Source of the DNA: Parvibaculales bacterium
GTDB taxonomy: Bacteria; Pseudomonadota; Alphaproteobacteria; RS24
Assembly (NCBI GenBank): GCA_049597955.1
Contig: JBMYND010000006.1
Location: forward strand, 19,928 to 83,927
Direction of reading: 5' to 3'
DNA: 64,000 nucleotides
In this document: piece by piece, positions 44,936-54,166 of the stretch
Position numbering within the stretch: position 1 is the stretch's first letter
Layout: each line of letters starts with the position of its first letter
Notes under the pieces: model-generated
Told to the model about the DNA's origin: nothing
Databases searched by the model: none
The model's input: the letters and a program-made list of their open reading frames with translations, nothing else
Made by a program: the position numbers and the translations under genes

Positions 44936-45355
44936 TCAGGTGACGACTTTGTCAATATGCAGCGCCTTGTAAATACCCAATTCTGTCCAGTATTTTTCAT
45001 TCATTTCATTGGCTTCAATAATACGTATTGTCAGGCTTCTGACCAGCGCCCGCAAAACCGGGTCAGCCTCGGCCATGCGTGCTTTCATGGAGGCCGCGCT
45101 CAACACATTAATCACACAATCCGTGGCCGCAACCGCACTGGCCGAACGGTGATGTTCACTCAGCACAGAGGCCATTTCCCCGAATAATTCGCCTTCGCCC
45201 ATTTCAGACAGTTTCAGCCCTTCGCGGGACATAATATGCACCGTGCCGGAATGTATCAGGTAAATCTCATCGCCGTCTGTATCAATGTCGAAAATTACAT
45301 TGCCGGCCTTATAGGCGACAGTTTTTACATTTTTTGCCAGTGCTTTTTCGCTCAT
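44936..45355 (-). CDS. Stand-alone cyclic nucleotide-binding domain protein
   Basis: 139 aa. Phosphate-binding cassette GELFGEMA...RSASAVA. No additional domain. Confidence 0.8.
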   Translation of the reverse strand: MSEKALAKNVKTVAYKAGNVIFDIDTDGDEIYLIHSGTVHIMSREGLKLSEMGEGELFGEMASVLSEHHRSASAVAATDCVINVLSAASMKARMAEADPVLRALVRSLTIRIIEANEMNEKYWTELGIYKALHIDKVVT

Positions 45356-45449
45356 GCCGCAACTCCATAGACTTTTAACCTAGCACATAACTGGTTACGA
45401 CGGAAAAGCCGGTATTGTTAATGCGCCACCAGGCAAGACCGGCAAAGCG

Positions 45450-46760
45450 TTAAGAGGCGGAATTGCGCTTTTCTTCGGCCAAACGCCGCTCAATTGACCG
45501 AATCCAACGAAACGCATCCTTGGCCACATCATCATCATCACCAGCTTTGCGAAACGCTTTAATCGCTTCATCATAGGCTTCAATGCGGGTGCGGGCTATG
45601 CCGAGCAAAAGCCAAGTATTGGCCTCATTGTCAAGCCCGCCCTTATCCAGCGCCTTTTCAAGCGCAGTGCTGGCTTGTTTCCATTTTTCATCCTGCAAAT
45701 AGGATTGGCCCAATTGCTCATAAAATGTGCCTTTGTCGGATTTTTCAGCAGCAATGGTCAGCGGCTTGACGGCTTTTTTCCACTCGCGCGAATGCATGAA
45801 GCTATTGGCCAAAAGCTCGTAATTTTTCTCGGTTTTTTCAATTGTGCCGTCTTCCAGACCTTTTTCAAGAATCTGCGCCGCCTTAATCGGTACGCCATGA
45901 TAGAGATAAAGCTGCGCCATGCTGGACAGTTCTTTTGAGCTGGTCAACATGCCCTGCACAAACATGGCCTGTTGCGCCACAAACGCCATTTTCTCGTCAT
46001 CGGCGTCATAATAAATAACAGTCAATTGCTGCCAGAAGATTTTTTCGCCCGGCCAACGCTCAACCGCATCTTCCAGCACGGGACGCGCATCCTTATATCT
46101 TTCCTGCTGCAACAAAATGGACAGCAAAATCCGCGTCCAATTCTTTTTCGGTGCCTCAACCATGGAAAGCGCCTGGCGGATGGCTTGCTCGGATTTCGGC
46201 AAATCTTCAAGTATCAGATGAATCTGCGCTTTCAGGCCATAAGCATCAGCCGGTGGCTCGCCCTCGAAATTGGCAAACCATTGCTCAAGCAATTGCAGTG
46301 CCTTGCGATTATTGCCTTCGGCCAGATTGAGTTGCGCCAGATTATAGGTCAAATCATTGACCACGCGGGGCGGCAATGCACCCGTCGCAATAGCGCGCTC
46401 AAATGTTTGCAAGGTCATTTTATAATCACCCTGCCCGGCATAAATAAAGCCCATTGTCTGAATCGCGACGGCTTTTTCATAAGGTTTGAATTTATCGCTG
46501 TCGATGACCGCCTGCAATGGCACCATAGCCTCGGCATATTTTTCCTCACCCATCAGAATCTGGGCTTCTTCAATCCGCTTAAATGCGGCTTTGCCCAATA
46601 CTTCCGAACGCCGTGTCTGTGGTTTGGAGGGTTTTTCCTTTTTCTTTTCTTCCTGCGCCTGCGCTTCGGCCATATGCGGCGCGATAACCGGCAGGGCTAA
46701 TAAACCACCAAAACCAAGAGCCGTGGCAAGGGCAAATTGCAAAGCAAGCTGGCGACGCAT
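45450..46760 (-). CDS. Tetratricopeptide repeat protein (TtpD-like member of the TonB2-type cluster)
   Basis: Signal peptide and multiple TPR-like helical repeats. Last gene of the DUF3450-MotA/TolQ-ExbB-ExbD-TonB string. Confidence 0.75.
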   Translation of the reverse strand: MRRQLALQFALATALGFGGLLALPVIAPHMAEAQAQEEKKKEKPSKPQTRRSEVLGKAAFKRIEEAQILMGEEKYAEAMVPLQAVIDSDKFKPYEKAVAIQTMGFIYAGQGDYKMTLQTFERAIATGALPPRVVNDLTYNLAQLNLAEGNNRKALQLLEQWFANFEGEPPADAYGLKAQIHLILEDLPKSEQAIRQALSMVEAPKKNWTRILLSILLQQERYKDARPVLEDAVERWPGEKIFWQQLTVIYYDADDEKMAFVAQQAMFVQGMLTSSKELSSMAQLYLYHGVPIKAAQILEKGLEDGTIEKTEKNYELLANSFMHSREWKKAVKPLTIAAEKSDKGTFYEQLGQSYLQDEKWKQASTALEKALDKGGLDNEANTWLLLGIARTRIEAYDEAIKAFRKAGDDDDVAKDAFRWIRSIERRLAEEKRNSAS

Positions 46761-46777
46761 TCTATCCTCCTGCCGAG

Positions 46778-47392
46778 CTAATCGGCTATCTCAAAACTGA
46801 TAAGTTGGCGCACACCATAACGGGTTTGCGCGCGGCCATCTTCAACCATAGGTTTATATTTCCACCGCTTCACCGCATTAATCGCCGAACGGTTGAAAAT
46901 ATTGGGTGGATCGGCCTCAACGACAATCGGGTCAATCGCCAGACCAAGCTCACTAATGGCAAATTCCAGCAACACCCAGCCTTCAATACCGCGCGACAGG
47001 GCGCGGGTCGGGTAGCGCGGCAAAACCCGCACAATGGCCAGCGCATCGCCATCCACCGGCGCGTCGAGATTCATGCCGCCAAGGTCAAACTGGCCCAAAT
47101 CGGCCGACATGGATGCATTATTGGCATTGGGGCGGCTGACATCATTCAGCTTGGGCGGCGGCGGCGGCTCGTCAGGCTGTTCTTTTGACGGACGCTTGGG
47201 CGCACGGCTTTTGGTGTTCACATCTTCATCGCGCTCAACCCGCACAAAATCAATGCCAAGGCTGGCAATTTCTTCTTCAATTTCATAATCGCGCCCGGTG
47301 ACCAGCACTTTCATGGTCAAAAACAGCACCATGGTGGCGACCAGCGCCGAGCCATAGACAATCAGCATACGCGGGGCGATAAAGGCGGGCAT
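46778..47392 (-). CDS. tonB: Energy transducer TonB
   Basis: N-terminal TM helix, Pro-rich spacer KEQPDEPPPPPK, C-terminal TonB_C-like YPTRALSRGIEGWVLLEF. Confidence 0.85.
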   Translation of the reverse strand: MPAFIAPRMLIVYGSALVATMVLFLTMKVLVTGRDYEIEEEIASLGIDFVRVERDEDVNTKSRAPKRPSKEQPDEPPPPPKLNDVSRPNANNASMSADLGQFDLGGMNLDAPVDGDALAIVRVLPRYPTRALSRGIEGWVLLEFAISELGLAIDPIVVEADPPNIFNRSAINAVKRWKYKPMVEDGRAQTRYGVRQLISFEIAD

Positions 47393-47395
47393 TGG

Positions 47396-47797
47396 CTATT
47401 TTTCCTCCGCCGCAATTGAAATGGCACCGACACCGGCCAGTCGCACCTGATCCATAATTTCGACCAGCACGCCGGTTTGCGCGCCTTTATCAGCCTGAAT
47501 CACAGCCCCGCCTTGCGGGTTTTCCGCATGCAGGCGCTCCACATTGGCACGCACAGCCGCCAAATCAACCTGACGGCGATTAATCCAAACCTCATTATTG
47601 TCGCGAATGGCAATCAGAATACCGACGCGCGATTGTTTGACGGCGGTTTCAGCATCCGGTCGCGTCACATCAATACCGCTTTCCTTGACGAAAGTGGCGG
47701 TGACAATGAAGAAAATCAGCATGATAAACACAATGTCCAACATGGGTGTCATGTCGATGGCTGTGTCATCTTCCTGTTTGGCATGTCTACGACGCAT
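47396..47797 (-). CDS. exbD: Biopolymer transporter ExbD
   Basis: IDMTPMLDIVFIMLIFFIV. Start chosen at the second Met (47797; AAAGGGGA RBS). An alternative start is at 47833. Confidence 0.85.
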   Translation of the reverse strand: MRRRHAKQEDDTAIDMTPMLDIVFIMLIFFIVTATFVKESGIDVTRPDAETAVKQSRVGILIAIRDNNEVWINRRQVDLAAVRANVERLHAENPQGGAVIQADKGAQTGVLVEIMDQVRLAGVGAISIAAEEK

Positions 47798-47843
47798 AAT
47801 ATCCCCTTTTGCCGGCCCGGCGGGCCGTTTCATCCCTTAAAGA

Positions 47844-48395
47844 CTAACCCAAATCCAAGTCGTCTTCCAATTGTTCCACCGACCGACCGGCCATACGTTC
47901 GAGTGTCGAGGTGAAAAACAGCCCCGACAACGCCACCACCATGCCTGCCATAGTCGGCAAAGTGGCCTTTGAAATGCCCGATGCCATAGCGCGGGCATTG
48001 CCCGAGCCGGTCACCGCCATCACGTCAAAAACCTCGACCATGCCGGTCACAGTGCCCAACAGCCCCAGAAATGGCGCCAGCGCGACCAATGTCTTGATAT
48101 AGCCAAGATTGGCCTGTGCCTTGACCCGCGCATCGGAAATAATCATTTCCCGAATCCGGTGGGCATGCCAGCTTTTATGCTCCGGACGCTGCTGCCATTC
48201 GGCAATGCGGGCTTCAGCCAGCCGCTTGAAATCGCCGCGAAAATAGCTGAAGCGTTCAAAAATAAGCAACCACAGCACCAGCGTTTCCAGCATAATCAGC
48301 ATCAGCACGTCGCCACCCATTTCGAGGAAATCGCGCACGCCGCGAATGGCCTCGAAAGGGTTCACAAACATCCAGATGATATCGTTGAATTCCAT
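47844..48395 (-). CDS. exbB: MotA/TolQ/ExbB proton channel protein
   Basis: APFLGLLGTVTGMVEVF signature. Three hydrophobic helices. Confidence 0.85.
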   Translation of the reverse strand: MEFNDIIWMFVNPFEAIRGVRDFLEMGGDVLMLIMLETLVLWLLIFERFSYFRGDFKRLAEARIAEWQQRPEHKSWHAHRIREMIISDARVKAQANLGYIKTLVALAPFLGLLGTVTGMVEVFDVMAVTGSGNARAMASGISKATLPTMAGMVVALSGLFFTSTLERMAGRSVEQLEDDLDLG

Positions 48396-48407
48396 CTGAC
48401 CGACGCC

Positions 48408-49793
48408 CTATTTGCTCTCTGCATGTTGGGCAATCATGCCCGCAGCCTGTTCTTCGAGAATTTGCACAATCTCTCTTGAACGCGCCGAGGCGACTGAATG
48501 CAGCAACAAAATCGGAATGGCAACCACCAGCCCCAAAACCGTTGTTATCAGAGCTTGCGAAATACCACCGGCCATCAGCTTGGGGTCCCCCGTGCCGAAC
48601 AGCGTAATTGCCTGGAAGGTCAAAATCATACCGGTCACCGTGCCGAGCAGACCCATCAGAGGCGCGACACCCGACAGGAGTTTCAGCAAGGCGAGATATT
48701 TTTCCAGCGCCGGCATTTCCTTCAAAATAGCATCATCAAGCTTAAGCTCCAGCGTCTCGACATCGGCCGAACTATTGGACTGGTATGCCGCCCAAACGCG
48801 CCCCAAGGGTGTATCACCACTGGCCTGACCGCTTTTCAACTGCTTGCGCACTTGACGCGATGTCAGGGTCAGGCGGGTAATCCGCTCCAGCGCGACAGCG
48901 ACGCCAAACAGGCCGAGCCCTATAATAATATAGCCGACCAAACCGCCCTGATTGATGCGCTCAACAAGGGTTGGCATTTGCAAGAACAGGTTCAAAATCG
49001 CCCCGCGTGACGGGTCAACCGGCGCGGCAACAATCTCGCCGGCATCGCCATCAAGCAAATCATCGGCAGCGTCACCAAAACGTGCCGGTGGCTGGCGACC
49101 CAAATCGGCAAACCGGTTATTGCCGGCATAGCGGACAAATTGCCCGTCAGCCAAAGCGGTGAACGGGCCAACGCGCAGCACTTCGCTTTCGCGCACTGTG
49201 CCGTCAAGGTTGACCACTTCACCGGCAAAGCGTTTCACCTCGCCTTGGGCAGTCATTTCCTGTTGCAGAGCAAACCAGAGATATTCAAGCTGCTCCATTG
49301 CGGGCAGACCCTTGGTCTGGGCCAGCTTGGCCAGCGGCTCCGAACGGCCTTTAATTTCGCCGGAAATCACGCTTTCATCGACTTGCGCCCGTGTCTCCCC
49401 GGCAACTTGGCGGACAATGCCGAACAATTCGCCAAACACGCCCAAACGCTCATTCAGCAAGCCTTCCAATTCGGCCAGCTTGAGCTCATTTTCGTTAAAC
49501 TCGCCTTCGAGGCGCTCACTGCGCGCTTCCTCGCGGGAAATCGCCCTTTGCGTCTGTGTCAGCAGGGCTTTTTGACGGTCGCGATTTTTGCGGAACTCCG
49601 CTTCGCGCTGCTCGAAGAAAGAATTATCGGTCACCCGGCCATTGCGCACTTGGTCAAGCAATTGTTGCAGGGTTTTGGCATCCGCATCGCCGGATGGGCC
49701 AGCCTCTTGCGCCATTGCCGGCGGCAGGCTTGCCGCCAAGCCAAAAGCGACGAGCAGACAGACAGTTGAAATCAGTTTGGTCAATTTGGTCAT
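48408..49793 (-). CDS. Large MotA/TolQ/ExbB family protein with periplasmic N-terminal extension (TtpC-like)
   Basis: 461 aa. Signal peptide, coiled-coil N-domain, C-terminal APLMGLLGTVTGMILTF channel motif. Confidence 0.8.
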   Translation of the reverse strand: MTKLTKLISTVCLLVAFGLAASLPPAMAQEAGPSGDADAKTLQQLLDQVRNGRVTDNSFFEQREAEFRKNRDRQKALLTQTQRAISREEARSERLEGEFNENELKLAELEGLLNERLGVFGELFGIVRQVAGETRAQVDESVISGEIKGRSEPLAKLAQTKGLPAMEQLEYLWFALQQEMTAQGEVKRFAGEVVNLDGTVRESEVLRVGPFTALADGQFVRYAGNNRFADLGRQPPARFGDAADDLLDGDAGEIVAAPVDPSRGAILNLFLQMPTLVERINQGGLVGYIIIGLGLFGVAVALERITRLTLTSRQVRKQLKSGQASGDTPLGRVWAAYQSNSSADVETLELKLDDAILKEMPALEKYLALLKLLSGVAPLMGLLGTVTGMILTFQAITLFGTGDPKLMAGGISQALITTVLGLVVAIPILLLHSVASARSREIVQILEEQAAGMIAQHAESK

Positions 49794-49805
49794 GTCCGCG
49801 TCCCC

Positions 49806-50561
49806 TTATTTAACCGTTACCGGCACGACCATCAGGTCAGGCGCCGCTTGTTGTTTGGCGATACGCAGCGCACTGCGCAAATCGCTGTTAAAGGCGCCGT
49901 CAAGGTCAACAAAACTCTTGCTGTCCTGGCTCCAAACGCCGCTTTTGGCGCCATCCAATGTTTGATAAATCAGCGCAACACGGCCAATCCGCAGGAAAGA
50001 CACGGTGCGCGCCGCGCCGTCAATTTCCATTTCGCCTTCATAGGCTTCAATCGTGCGGCCATATTCATTTTCAATTTCATAAGCTTCGAGGATTTTGCGA
50101 TATTTCTCAGCCGGATTGGCATCCGAGCGATCCATCAAGGCCGACAAATTGGCGACCCGCGCCTTGCGCTCATCCAACATGAATGGCACATCAAGCGAGA
50201 CAAACACCTCAAGCGCCTCAATCATCCGAAACATAAGCGGCATGATGGAGCGGTCAACATTGGTGACATCTTCAATTTGCTGGCGAATGGAGACCATTTC
50301 CGCCTTTTGTGCGCCAATCAACTTTTCAAGCTGGGCATTATATTCGCGCAAGGAAGCCAATTGCTTCAACGCGGCGCGATATTCGCGCACCAAACCATCG
50401 GTTTCGTCATCCAATTGGTCAATCCGTCCTTGCGAAGCGACGCCTTCGCTGGTGCCGGATTGGGCAATTTGGACAACATTGTTCAGCTTCTGCGCATGTG
50501 CCAAGGAAACAGAAACAGCAATAGCGCAGCTCGCCATTAAAAGGCGGTGATAAAAAGTCAT
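49806..50561 (-). CDS. DUF3450-like periplasmic coiled-coil protein (TtpB-like)
   Basis: Signal peptide MTFYHRLLMASCAIAVSVSLAHA, coiled-coil region. First gene of the TonB2-type cluster. Start at M42 of the ORF. Confidence 0.7.
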   Translation of the reverse strand: MTFYHRLLMASCAIAVSVSLAHAQKLNNVVQIAQSGTSEGVASQGRIDQLDDETDGLVREYRAALKQLASLREYNAQLEKLIGAQKAEMVSIRQQIEDVTNVDRSIMPLMFRMIEALEVFVSLDVPFMLDERKARVANLSALMDRSDANPAEKYRKILEAYEIENEYGRTIEAYEGEMEIDGAARTVSFLRIGRVALIYQTLDGAKSGVWSQDSKSFVDLDGAFNSDLRSALRIAKQQAAPDLMVVPVTVK

Positions 50562-50729
50562 TGAACCCCCCACAGGTTTGGTCAGCAATGTGTTACAGAC
50601 GGAACCCTCCCCGACACTCACCGCAGGGTGCGGGTGAATTGCCAATTTCAGAAAGGGTCTGACGTTTTCGCACACTAGCGGCACTTAACATCCAATTCAA
50701 GAGCCGACTTATGAAAATCATGAAAATGT

Positions 50730-50758
50730 AAAAAAAGGGGCGACCCAAAGGCCGCCCC
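50730..50758 (-). terminator. Rho-independent terminator downstream of the 50782-53916 TBDR gene
   Basis: GGGGCGACC-CAAA-GGCCGCCCC stem (one mismatch) followed on the minus strand by TTTTTTT. Confidence 0.75.
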
Positions 50759-50781
50759 TTCAAGATTTACTGAAGTTCAGC

Positions 50782-53700
50782 TTAGAAGCTGTGTTTCAGA
50801 CCCAGCTTGACCATGCGGCCAAACGGATTGTGCGTATATGGGTCATAGCTCAAATCGCGACGCACCATTGGCGGATCTTCATCGGCAATATTATAAACCG
50901 ACAAATACAGCGCCGACCCGTCAGAGTTCAACATGTCGCTGACATCTACATTATAATGCAGGTCATATGTTGTGTGCTCCTCAATCATACGGGCAACCAG
51001 CGGAATACCGACAATCGACTCGGAGTCCTTATAGCTGTCAGTATAATTCATCACCAGATTGACCACATGGCGGTCTAATGCGTAGCGCGCACCCAGCTTG
51101 GCTTTCCATTCGACAATCGGACGCAGGAAGCTCATATCGTCGTTCAGACGACCGACAGCGTCACCGCCATATTGCGTCAGGGCGCTCGGCAAAGCCCCCT
51201 CGGCAACATCATAGCTCATGACCTGCGTTGCATTGGCGCTGATTTCGGCGCGGCCATCAAACAGGTCAAAGCCATATTTGACGGCAATGTCGAGACCATC
51301 CGTGTCAATGTCCGGGCCATTAATGATTTTCACATTAATCCGCGACAGAGTTGCGACGCTCAGACCGTCACAACCGCCCGTGCCACAGGTAATCCGATTA
51401 TAATAATCGGCAGCAGCAGAGCCAACATTGCCGGGGAAGACATTGGAAACGATTGAATTAAAGTTCTCTTTAATAATCGGATCCTTGAAGTTGAAGCTCC
51501 AATAGTCAACTGATGCGAAAATGCTGTCATTCTCACGCAGCGCATCTTCCATTTGGAAAATTGCCCCGACATTGAATGTATTGGCACTTTCAGGCTCCAA
51601 ATCCGGATTGCCATCCGTGTCAACAGCCTTAAATGTGCCAAGCGCATTGACATAGGACAGGCTGGTGCCACGACCGCTCAATTGGTTCAGCGTCGGACCA
51701 CGGAAAGTCGTTGATGCAGAACCCCGCAGCGTGATGCTGTCTGCCAACTGGTAGCGAACAGCAACTTTCGGATCGAAAGAACTGCCGATTGAACTGCCAT
51801 AATCCTCATATCTGGCTGACAATTGGATATCCAGCTCATCACTTGGCGAAATAGCCAACTCACCAAACAGCGCGGTAATATCTTGGCTTTGCGACGAAGG
51901 CGTCGTGCCGGCCAAGAAGATATAACGACCAGCACCCTGATAATCATCAGCAGCGCCAGCGCCACCAAAGATACCATCTGCCCCCGCACAATTATCTGTG
52001 CCCTGGGCATTGGAATAGGTGCGTCCAGAATTTCTGAACTCGGTATTTTCCGCATCCGTGCGGCACGGATATTGGTTCAAATCCGTTGTCGCCAGCGGCG
52101 CAATATCATAATTCTCGGAACGCAGTTGGATACCTGCCGCCCAAGAGACCATGTCGGAAAAACCGGGGCCCGTAAAGACCGCATCAAACACTGTCAGTTC
52201 ACTGTCCACCTTTGAACCAAGCGGCTCGGTCATCCAGGGAATCAAGACATCTGTGTTATTGGCCACATCAGCATTGTAATTCGGATTGGGATTGCCAGCA
52301 GTATACGAGGTGTATTTTTGCTGCCCATACTGAATTGCATTGGTGAACGGGTTGTAATAATAGCAATCGCCTGCGCCGGGTGTGCCGGTCGCACGGTCAC
52401 AATTGGGCCCGCCAAGACCTTCAATCGCAGCCGACCAACGCTCGGTAATCGTGTCATAAGAGCGGTTATTGCCTTCCGACGTCGAATAGGTAAATGACGT
52501 GGTGTAATCAATGTCACCACGCGACCCATCCAATGCCAGAACCAGACGATTGGTCTTGTAATTACGCGAACCGCGCGTTTCGCCCGGGCCGGAAGCCCCG
52601 AACGGACGCCCTCGGTAATACAAGCAATCAGCATCAGTGCCCAAGGCGCAATTGGCATTCACATAAGTCGCCAAAGCGCTGTCTGGAAATTCCGCCAACA
52701 TGTCAACCAAACCCGGGTGGTCAGACTTGACCACACGCGAAATCCGCGGGTCAGTGTCATAGTCTGTCTGCGGCGGATAAGTCGGCGATGTATACCAATT
52801 TGGCACATCTGTTTCCGCCATCAGCAATTCACCTGACAGGGTCATATCACCGAGTTGGTGCTCGAATTCGACAAATGCATTTGTGCGCTCTTCTTCTTCG
52901 ATAAGATTATCGAAGTAAGTGTAGTTATATGTGCACCGGCTGGAATTGGTCGCCGCCGAAGCACCGGTCGCTGCCGTGGGGTCACCCGAACCGGAAGCCA
53001 ATGGCGTGTCCAGCAAGCCGACACCCGCATAGGCCAGATAGGCAGGCACATTAATGTTGGAGAAGTGGTGCAATGGGAAATAACCCACAACATTGGCACA
53101 ATCAGGGTCAATATATTTGGTTGCCTCTATTGGCAGACCATTGGCATCTACGCCAACATAAGAACCCGGGTGTGGCGAACTGGAATAGCCGGTGAAATTG
53201 CCGTTTTCGGCCCTTTCATGGATGGCCCAATCGCGATCTTTCACCATTAGTTGCGAGCGTGTATTCATGCCAAAACTGGCCACGATACGCGTATTTCCGC
53301 CATTCAGGCTGGTGCCGTAAATCAGGCCGAAATCCTGGTCACCGTCACTGCCGTCAATGCTTTTGTGGCTGGCGGTGACTTCCAAACCCTCGAAATCAGA
53401 GCGGGTAATAAAGTTAACCACACCGGAAATCGCGTCCGAACCATAGGTCGCGGCTGCACCGTCTTTCAGCGTTTCAACACGCTGAATGGCGATTGAGGGA
53501 ATATTATTGGTGTTCACAAAAAGCTGTGCCTGCTCGGCAATCGCATAAGGGTGAAACACATTACGCCGGCCGTTCAACAATACAAGGTTCCGGCCAGAGC
53601 CAAGACCCCTGAGGTTAATGTTGGATGTGCCTTCCAGACCATTTGACTGGAACTGGTTGGTTTCACCATCCGTGCCGGAACTGGTATTCATCGATTTAAT

Positions 53701-53916
53701 CATCTCGGTAATTGATGGGCTACCGACATCAAATAAATCCTGATCGTTCATAACATCCACCGGCAATGGCGCATCGCCTGGTGTCTGCTTGATATAGGAA
53801 CCGGTTACCACCACTTCCTCGACAGCCCCGTCCTGTGCCAGTGCCGAGGTCGATGCCATCAGCACCGCCGCGAGACCGACCAGACCGGTTCGTCTAACCT
53901 GTCTTAAAATATCCAT
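50782..53916 (-). CDS. TonB-dependent receptor
   Basis: Signal peptide, TonB box EEVVVTGSY, plug NINLRGLGSGRNLVLLNGRR, C-terminal GLKHSF. Start at M65 (GGGAGGA RBS). Confidence 0.9.
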   Translation of the reverse strand: MDILRQVRRTGLVGLAAVLMASTSALAQDGAVEEVVVTGSYIKQTPGDAPLPVDVMNDQDLFDVGSPSITEMIKSMNTSSGTDGETNQFQSNGLEGTSNINLRGLGSGRNLVLLNGRRNVFHPYAIAEQAQLFVNTNNIPSIAIQRVETLKDGAAATYGSDAISGVVNFITRSDFEGLEVTASHKSIDGSDGDQDFGLIYGTSLNGGNTRIVASFGMNTRSQLMVKDRDWAIHERAENGNFTGYSSSPHPGSYVGVDANGLPIEATKYIDPDCANVVGYFPLHHFSNINVPAYLAYAGVGLLDTPLASGSGDPTAATGASAATNSSRCTYNYTYFDNLIEEEERTNAFVEFEHQLGDMTLSGELLMAETDVPNWYTSPTYPPQTDYDTDPRISRVVKSDHPGLVDMLAEFPDSALATYVNANCALGTDADCLYYRGRPFGASGPGETRGSRNYKTNRLVLALDGSRGDIDYTTSFTYSTSEGNNRSYDTITERWSAAIEGLGGPNCDRATGTPGAGDCYYYNPFTNAIQYGQQKYTSYTAGNPNPNYNADVANNTDVLIPWMTEPLGSKVDSELTVFDAVFTGPGFSDMVSWAAGIQLRSENYDIAPLATTDLNQYPCRTDAENTEFRNSGRTYSNAQGTDNCAGADGIFGGAGAADDYQGAGRYIFLAGTTPSSQSQDITALFGELAISPSDELDIQLSARYEDYGSSIGSSFDPKVAVRYQLADSITLRGSASTTFRGPTLNQLSGRGTSLSYVNALGTFKAVDTDGNPDLEPESANTFNVGAIFQMEDALRENDSIFASVDYWSFNFKDPIIKENFNSIVSNVFPGNVGSAAADYYNRITCGTGGCDGLSVATLSRINVKIINGPDIDTDGLDIAVKYGFDLFDGRAEISANATQVMSYDVAEGALPSALTQYGGDAVGRLNDDMSFLRPIVEWKAKLGARYALDRHVVNLVMNYTDSYKDSESIVGIPLVARMIEEHTTYDLHYNVDVSDMLNSDGSALYLSVYNIADEDPPMVRRDLSYDPYTHNPFGRMVKLGLKHSF

Positions 53917-54040
53917 TATTTCTAATGTCCTCCCTAAAATGCGGGTCGGCGAAAAACCGACCTGCACAACTCTAGCTTTCAAAAATCTGATAACACAATT
54001 AGGGGTTGAGTATTTTTCGCGCCATTCCCATCGGTGTGAT

Positions 54041-54061
54041 GCATTTTTGCAACAAAAATGC
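54041..54061. promoter_or_regulatory. Palindrome GCATTTTTG-CAA-CAAAAATGC in the TBDR/oxidoreductase divergent intergenic region
   Basis: 9-bp perfect arms, followed by direct repeats CATAAATC (54062-54069, 54072-54079). Confidence 0.3.
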
Positions 54062-54166
54062 CATAAATCTTCATAAATCATGGCATTATGCTGGTCAGCC
54101 ATTGCCAAAATCGCGTCAATTCAGACCAGCACCCGCCATGAAGCGAGGAAAATGAGAGGAAACCGC

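Noticed and set aside
50710-50727. Fur box upstream of the TonB2-type cluster
   Set aside because: ATGAAAATCATGAAAATG is a direct repeat, not the inverted GATAATGATAATCATTATC-type arrangement. Similarity is limited to AT-richness.
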